Source: Myxococcota bacterium (lineage in GTDB: Bacteria > Myxococcota_A > Polyangia > Nannocystales > Nannocystaceae). Taken from it: DNA of 64,000 nt. Numbering within the stretch: position 1 is the first letter of the stretch; each line of letters starts with the position of its first letter. Below the pieces are notes generated by a model. It ran no database searches. It saw nothing but the letters and a program-made list of their open reading frames with translations, and was not told the origin of the DNA. The stretch covers positions 128,001 through 192,000 of the forward strand of contig JBCCHT010000004.1 of the NCBI GenBank assembly GCA_039028615.1, read 5' to 3'. Shown here piece by piece: positions 58,700 to 64,000 of this stretch. Made by a program: the position numbers and the translations under genes.

Positions 58700-59488
58700 A
58701 TGGCCTCGTTGCCCAACCCGGAGGCGATGTGGCGGGTCCTCGTCGACTCGCTCGCGCTCCGGGCCGACTCCGAGCTCATCGAGCACGACGACTGGACCCA
58801 GCTGCGGACCCCGTCGTCGCCCTATCACACCAACAACAAGGTCATGCGGGCCCGCTGTACCGCGGACGACGTCGACCCGCGCATCGCCGCCGTGCTCGAC
58901 GACCATCGAAGCCGCAACGCGGGCCTGACCTGGATCGTCGACCACGACTCGACCCCCGCCGACCTGAGCCAGCGCCTCGAAGCGGCCGGCCTCGATTTCG
59001 ATTGCGTCGCCATCGGCATGGCCCGCGCCGTACCGAACGAAGCACCCCCTCCCCTGCCGCCGGGCGTTCGCGTACGAAAGGTCACCCTCGACGACGCCCC
59101 CGTCATGGGCCAGCTGAGCTACGCCTGCTTCGGCGGCGTCCCCTCGTTCGCGGACTTCGTCGCCGACTGGGTTCGGGCGGGCTTTCGCGGGGAGCTGGGA
59201 GACCTGAGCCACTGGCTTGTCTCGCTCGACGGCGAGACGGTCGGTTGGTGCACGCTGCGGGTGCTCGGCTCGCTCGGCTATCTGCAGGGCGCGGGTGTGC
59301 TGCCCTCCGCTCGCGGACGTGGGCTCTACCGGGCGATGACCTGGCTACGCCTGGAGGCATTGCGCGAGCGCGGCATCCCGTGCGCGGTGATCTGGGCCGA
59401 CGAGAGCACCTCGGGGCCGATCGCGGTACGCATGGGCTTTCAGGAGATTTGCTCCGCCCGCTACTACCGCCTCGCCGACCCCAACTGA
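58700..59488 (+). CDS. GNAT family N-acetyltransferase
   Basis: VLPSARGRGLYRA acetyl-CoA motif; S.PI..RMGF. Confidence 0.85.
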   Translation: MASLPNPEAMWRVLVDSLALRADSELIEHDDWTQLRTPSSPYHTNNKVMRARCTADDVDPRIAAVLDDHRSRNAGLTWIVDHDSTPADLSQRLEAAGLDFDCVAIGMARAVPNEAPPPLPPGVRVRKVTLDDAPVMGQLSYACFGGVPSFADFVADWVRAGFRGELGDLSHWLVSLDGETVGWCTLRVLGSLGYLQGAGVLPSARGRGLYRAMTWLRLEALRERGIPCAVIWADESTSGPIAVRMGFQEICSARYYRLADPN

Positions 59489-59493
59489 GCCGC

Positions 59494-60492
59494 CTAGCGC
59501 GGCGTGTAGCGCAGCGTGGCCGCGACGGGCAGGTGGTCGGACAGCGGCTCCCCGCCGCGCGTGACGAACTGCTCGGGCACCCACCACTGCAGCACCTCGA
59601 CATCCAGGTCGTCGCTGCTGCGCACCATGACGTGGTCGATGAGCTGGTCGGGGCAGCCCACCGCATCGCAGGCGTCGGTCAGCCCCGCCCCATCGGTGAT
59701 GATGGCCAGCGGCTCGACGTCCTCGGGATCGGTGGCCCGCAGGTTGAAGTCACCCGCCACGATGAGCGCACGCCCGGCCGAGCGCTGGTCGATGGCGTCC
59801 ACCAGGTCTTGTGCCGAGTTCAGGCGGATCTCGAGGTCCTCGGGGCACCCGCCCGCCTCCATGTGCAGGTTGTAGACGTCGATCTCCACGCCCTCGGCCA
59901 GCGTGTGCCGGGCGAAGCTCCAGCCCTTGGTCGCCAGGCAGTCACTCGCGCAATCGATGGTGCCGTTGCACGCGTACCAGGCCACCCGCTCGTGGTCGGC
60001 AAAGGGGTGCTCGCCGAAGCGATTGAGCCCGTCACCGATGTCCTCGAGCGTCGGCATCTCCGACCACGGCATGCTCTGATGCGGCAGGGTGACCTCGGCG
60101 GCGAGCTGCGCGTGGTACCAGAAGTCCTCTTGGACCAGGACCATGGGAAAGTCGTTGAGCAGCGGCGAGATGAGCGGGATGTTGACCTCGGGGTTGCTGC
60201 TCGAAAGCCCCTGCGGCAGCGCGGCCACGTTGTAGGTGAGCACGTCGAACTCGCCCGGGGGCTGAACGGGACCGCCGTCGTCCGACGATGACGACGCTGC
60301 GCCTCCACTGGAATCGGCGACCGCCGTGCTGCCGCTGCCCGTGACGCCCACCGGGCCTTCGCTGCTGCTGCCCGTGCTGTCGCCCGCGGTGCCCGTGCCC
60401 GTGCTGGTGTCGGCCGCTCCGTCGCTGGGACAACCGCTGGCCAACCCCAGCCCCGACAGCATCAAGCCCAAACCAAGTCTCCGTATGCCCAT
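59494..60492 (-). CDS. Endonuclease/exonuclease/phosphatase-family lipoprotein
   Basis: LASGC lipobox; LTYNVA, VQEDF, NLH, AGDFN, IDH, LSDHLPV. Confidence 0.88.
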   Translation of the reverse strand: MGIRRLGLGLMLSGLGLASGCPSDGAADTSTGTGTAGDSTGSSSEGPVGVTGSGSTAVADSSGGAASSSSDDGGPVQPPGEFDVLTYNVAALPQGLSSSNPEVNIPLISPLLNDFPMVLVQEDFWYHAQLAAEVTLPHQSMPWSEMPTLEDIGDGLNRFGEHPFADHERVAWYACNGTIDCASDCLATKGWSFARHTLAEGVEIDVYNLHMEAGGCPEDLEIRLNSAQDLVDAIDQRSAGRALIVAGDFNLRATDPEDVEPLAIITDGAGLTDACDAVGCPDQLIDHVMVRSSDDLDVEVLQWWVPEQFVTRGGEPLSDHLPVAATLRYTPR

Positions 60493-60551
60493 CGCGGCAT
60501 CGTAGCGCATCGGTGCGGCGCGCTGGCCGAGGGCAGCGTAGGATCGCGGCC

Positions 60552-61553
60552 ATGGCCACGCCGCCGAAGCTCCCGCCCCGCCTGGACATCGCGTGCCTGC
60601 CCACTCGGGTGCGCCCGCTGCAGCGCATCTCCGCCGCGTGGGGCGGCCCAACCTTGTGGATCAAGCACGACGACGACACGGGCGCGCTGATCAGCGGGAA
60701 CAAGATTCGCAAGCTTCAATATGCGGTTCAGCACGCACTCGACCAGGGCGCGGATACCCTGATCACGTGTGGGGGTCTGCACTCCAATCACTGCCGAGCC
60801 ACGGCCGCGCTCGCCCGCCGCTTGGGCTTGCAGGTGCACTTGGTGCTCCGCGGTGAGCCGCCCGAGACCTGGACGGGGAACCTCCTGCTCGATCGAGTGC
60901 TCGGTGCGGAGATCCACTGGATCACCCCCGAGCAATACCGAGAGCACGACGCGTTCATGGAAGGCGTGGCGGCACAGCTCCGCGAGCAGGGGCGCAACCC
61001 CTTCGTGATCGCCGAGGGCTGCAGCATGGTCGAGGGTTCGTGGGGCTACATCGAGGCGGTGTCCGAGATCGCCGACGCGCAGCGGGAGCACGGCGTGCAG
61101 TTCGATGCGATCGTCAACGCGATCGGCTCCGGGGGCACCACCGCGGGTCTCGAGCTCGGCCTGCGCCTGTATGGCCTGTCGGCGGAACTGTACGGCGTGA
61201 ACGTCTGCGACGACGCCGATCACTTTCGTCGGCACATCGGCGATCTGGCCGCGGCCACGGTGGAGCGCTACGACCTGCCCGTGTCCGTGCCGCCCGAGGA
61301 GATCGACATCATCGATGGCTACGTCGGGCTCGGCTACGGCAAGAGCCGCCCCGAAGAGCTGCAATCCCTGGTGGAGCTGGCTCGCCTCGAGGGCGTGGTG
61401 CTCGACCCCGTGTATGGCGGCAAAGCGTTCCATGCGCTGCGTCAGCTGTGGTCTGGCGAGCCCTTCGCGGGCCTGAAGCACGTGCTGTTCCTGCACACGG
61501 GGGGCATCCACGGCCTGCACCCGCACGCCGACGCCCTCGTCGGTCTCGAGTGA
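60552..61553 (+). CDS. D-cysteine desulfhydrase / ACC deaminase family PLP enzyme
   Basis: SGNKIRKL (PLP Lys), SNHCRATA, GSGGTTAGL, LDPVYGGKA, FLHTGG. Confidence 0.9.
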   Translation: MATPPKLPPRLDIACLPTRVRPLQRISAAWGGPTLWIKHDDDTGALISGNKIRKLQYAVQHALDQGADTLITCGGLHSNHCRATAALARRLGLQVHLVLRGEPPETWTGNLLLDRVLGAEIHWITPEQYREHDAFMEGVAAQLREQGRNPFVIAEGCSMVEGSWGYIEAVSEIADAQREHGVQFDAIVNAIGSGGTTAGLELGLRLYGLSAELYGVNVCDDADHFRRHIGDLAAATVERYDLPVSVPPEEIDIIDGYVGLGYGKSRPEELQSLVELARLEGVVLDPVYGGKAFHALRQLWSGEPFAGLKHVLFLHTGGIHGLHPHADALVGLE

Positions 61554-61605
61554 GTCCGCCGCTTTTTGGCGTGCCCGGGGCCGACTCTGGCAAGCTCGGC
61601 CGACG

Positions 61606-62028
61606 ATGCGTCTGCCGTCCGTCATCGCCGTGCCTGCACTCGTGGGGCTGCTTTCCGCCTCGGGGGGCTGCGCCGCGGCTCCGGCGATTCCCCTGCTCCA
61701 GCACGTCGCCCAGCCGGACAAGACCATCGTGTCGCCGCCGGGTGAGGACGGCACCCGCTATCTGTCGGTCGAAGGCGGCCCCCTGATCACCCCGCGGCGA
61801 CTCCAGGCCCGCTGGAACGCCACCGCGCGCAAGGTCTGCGAAGGAGACTTCCAGCCCCTGTCCGGGGATACCGTCACCCGGACGGCCAACGGCGTGACCA
61901 AGGCCCGCATTCACGAGGGCTTCTTCCAGTGCATCCTGCCCGGCGAGGTCGAACCCGGCATCCCGGGTACGCCCACCGCGGCCGATGCCACCGCCGCCGC
62001 GCCGTCGGGCCCCGGTCGCGCCCGCTGA
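61606..62028 (+). CDS. Small putative lipoprotein
   Basis: Signal ending SGGC; W...A..VC.G...EG..QC pattern. Confidence 0.65.
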   Translation: MRLPSVIAVPALVGLLSASGGCAAAPAIPLLQHVAQPDKTIVSPPGEDGTRYLSVEGGPLITPRRLQARWNATARKVCEGDFQPLSGDTVTRTANGVTKARIHEGFFQCILPGEVEPGIPGTPTAADATAAAPSGPGRAR

Positions 62029-62037
62029 CGACCGCCC

Positions 62038-62784
62038 CTAGGAGTCACGCTCGCGCGGCGTGAGGGACGACGCGAGGATCTCCCGCTGCACGCAGTCGTC
62101 GGCGAGCTCGAGCGTATCGCCCATCGCTACCGCGAAGGGCTCGCGACACATCACCGCGACCACCCGACCCGACTCGGCCCCCGGCGTGACCGTGAGCTGC
62201 CGGGTTGCGTTCACCGACACGGGCGCGCGCAAGACCTCGACGATTTCATCGGGCTCTCCGCCGTCGGTGTCCATGCCATCGGGATCGAAGCCCGCCAACA
62301 ACACCACGGCCATGGTGCCCTGCCCCTGCGCGCTGATCCGCAGATCGATGCCGCGGGTGCGCAGGGCCAGGTCGAGGCTCTCGCTGCCGTCGACGGTGCC
62401 GTACTCGGGCGGAGGGCTGGTGGTGTAGGCGCTGGCCACCGCGCTGGGCGGACCCTCGGGGCGAGGATCGACGCGCTGCGGGCCCGACCATAGGGTCGAC
62501 GCCAACGCGAGCACGGCCGTGGCCGCCACCGCCACGCCTCCGCTGAGCATCAGGCCGGCCAGCGTCGCGCTGCCCGTGGACGGCTGCACGAAGGACGGGG
62601 GCTCGATGACCGGCTGATGCTCCCGCGCCATGTCCCAGCGGCGCCGACAGATGAAGCAATCGTCGAGGTGCTCCTCGACGTACCGGGCTTGCTCCGCCGA
62701 AAGCTCACCGAATTCGTAGCGATCGAGGGTGAGACCGGTGAGGTGGCCATCGCGGGACAGCAGGTCGCGGTGCGAGTCGTTCAT
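62038..62784 (-). CDS. Zinc-finger (zf-HC2) anti-sigma factor
   Basis: HLDDCFIC (HxxxCxxC) plus TM; ATGA overlap with the sigma gene. Confidence 0.85.
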   Translation of the reverse strand: MNDSHRDLLSRDGHLTGLTLDRYEFGELSAEQARYVEEHLDDCFICRRRWDMAREHQPVIEPPSFVQPSTGSATLAGLMLSGGVAVAATAVLALASTLWSGPQRVDPRPEGPPSAVASAYTTSPPPEYGTVDGSESLDLALRTRGIDLRISAQGQGTMAVVLLAGFDPDGMDTDGGEPDEIVEVLRAPVSVNATRQLTVTPGAESGRVVAVMCREPFAVAMGDTLELADDCVQREILASSLTPRERDS

Positions 62785-63278
62785 GGTAGGTCTCCTGCGG
62801 CCTCCACGGCCAGCGATTGCAGTCGTTGCACCCGGTTGCCCACGGTGCGGGGCGAGCAGCCCACCACCCGAGCGATTTCCGAGTGGGTCATGCCGTCGAC
62901 GAAATAGAACACGCCGATCTCCACCAGCTCGTCGTCGAGGCCGTGCCAGAACTGGCGCAAGAACGTGACCGTCTCTTGGTCGGCCTCGGCCACGGGCGCC
63001 GACCACAGCGTGGCCGAGTGCTCTTGCCACAGCTCGGCGCGCCGCCCCGTGTCGCGCAGGCGATTGAGGCAATGGTTGGTGGTCAGCCGATACAGCCAGG
63101 TGGTGGGGCTGGCGTGGTTGCGAAACTGGACGATGCGCTCGAGGACCTTGACGAAGATCTCGTGCACCACTTCCTCGGCATCGGTGGGGGTGCAGAACCG
63201 AAGTACCCACCGATGGACCCGGGACGCATGCTGCGCGTAGAGCAGGGCCACGTCGGCCGGCGTGCGTCCAAGCTGCAT
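62781..63278 (-). CDS. ECF sigma-70 factor
   Basis: AEEVVHEIFVK, TWLYRLTTNHCLNRLR, DGMTHSEIA.VVG.S.RTV. Confidence 0.9.
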   Translation of the reverse strand: MQLGRTPADVALLYAQHASRVHRWVLRFCTPTDAEEVVHEIFVKVLERIVQFRNHASPTTWLYRLTTNHCLNRLRDTGRRAELWQEHSATLWSAPVAEADQETVTFLRQFWHGLDDELVEIGVFYFVDGMTHSEIARVVGCSPRTVGNRVQRLQSLAVEAAGDLP

Positions 63279-63354
63279 CGGACCCTTGGACCCGTGAGCG
63301 GAGCAATTGCGCAACGTCGATGCCGATTTTTTCGCGTCGCGGGTCGAAACGGCC

Positions 63355-64000
63355 ATGCATGGCTGGTTATTGGCGGTGGGGGCGGAATCGGCCTCGGCCG
63401 GATGGTGGCTGCTCGCGGCAGCAGTGTCGGTTTTTGCCCTAGGCATCGGATACCGGGACCAGTGGCGCCGCTTTTGGCTCGGGCTCGAAGACCCGCGCGC
63501 CATGGGCCTCGTACGAATCGTGTTCGCGTTCTTCACGATCTGCAACATCAACGGGCTGTGGGAGCACTTCACGCTGCTGTTTTCGAACGAGGGGATGTTC
63601 CCGGCCGCGGTTGCCCGCCAGCTGCTGGCCTCCTCGCAGTTCGCGGGCTTCGGCGACGGCGTCGTACCCGGCGAGCCGTGGGGCTTCTTCGACGGTGACG
63701 CCGTCCTCGAGTACCTGCGCGGGCCTCGGTACTCGCTGCTGCACTTTTGGGATTCGACGACGGCGATGTGGATCCACCTCGTCGCGTTCTGGGGGGTGGC
63801 GGTGGCGTTCATGGTCGGCTTCCGCACCCGCCTGGCCGGCATCCTGACCTTCGTGCTCATGAACAGCCTGCTGCACCGCAACACGCTGGGCTGGGAAGGC
63901 ACCGACATCGTCTTTCGGGTGTTCCTGGCCTACCTGGTGCTGTCGCGCTGCGGTCATGCCTACTCGGTCGACAACTGGCTGCGATGCCGCCGACTGCGAA
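63355..64000 (+). CDS. HTTM-domain membrane protein (partial; runs off the right edge)
   Basis: Hand translation: MHGWLL...EDPRAMGLVRIVF...LFSNEGMFP...FMVGFRTR...SLLHRN...EGTD.VFRVFL.YL.LSRCG.AYSVD. Confidence 0.8.
   Translation, partial: MHGWLLAVGAESASAGWWLLAAAVSVFALGIGYRDQWRRFWLGLEDPRAMGLVRIVFAFFTICNINGLWEHFTLLFSNEGMFPAAVARQLLASSQFAGFGDGVVPGEPWGFFDGDAVLEYLRGPRYSLLHFWDSTTAMWIHLVAFWGVAVAFMVGFRTRLAGILTFVLMNSLLHRNTLGWEGTDIVFRVFLAYLVLSRCGHAYSVDNWLRCRRLR

Noticed and set aside
57541..60291. 916-aa Arg/Pro/Gly-rich ORF and many similar off-frame ORFs
   Set aside because: Frame-shifted readings of real GC-rich genes; the composition is not protein-like.

Overview
High-GC bacterial DNA (roughly 70% by eye) that looks like a myxobacterium of the Nannocystaceae type. 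This is inferred from a Ser/Thr kinase-TPR protein, many Cys-anchored lipoproteins with T/G/S/D-rich linkers, and two ECF sigma/anti-sigma cassettes. About 50 CDSs are supported. Housekeeping and metabolic genes include truA, a GH94 cellobiose phosphorylase, rsmB, a Na/Ca antiporter, rpe, scoAB, ppx, archease-rtcB, an osmoprotectant ABC transporter, alkA, a punA-deoC-ALDH-deoA nucleoside catabolic cluster and a D-cysteine desulfhydrase. I found no rRNA, tRNA, CRISPR array or IS element. The main leads are: (1) two unannotated paralogous large proteins at the left edge, one missing from the ORF track because it runs off the window, split by an inverted cytokinin-dehydrogenase-like gene; (2) an Omp85-like barrel followed by a tandem pair of novel paralogs and a 63-bp-repeat protein with a toxin-like tip; (3) a candidate ECF promoter, CACGGA-N16-CATGA, found twice in one cassette; (4) a recurring leaderless-mRNA signature; (5) a perfect palindromic operator for a MarR-GNAT regulator. 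All family calls come from motif recognition, not database searches. Several start codons were moved from the ORF-track positions and are best estimates.
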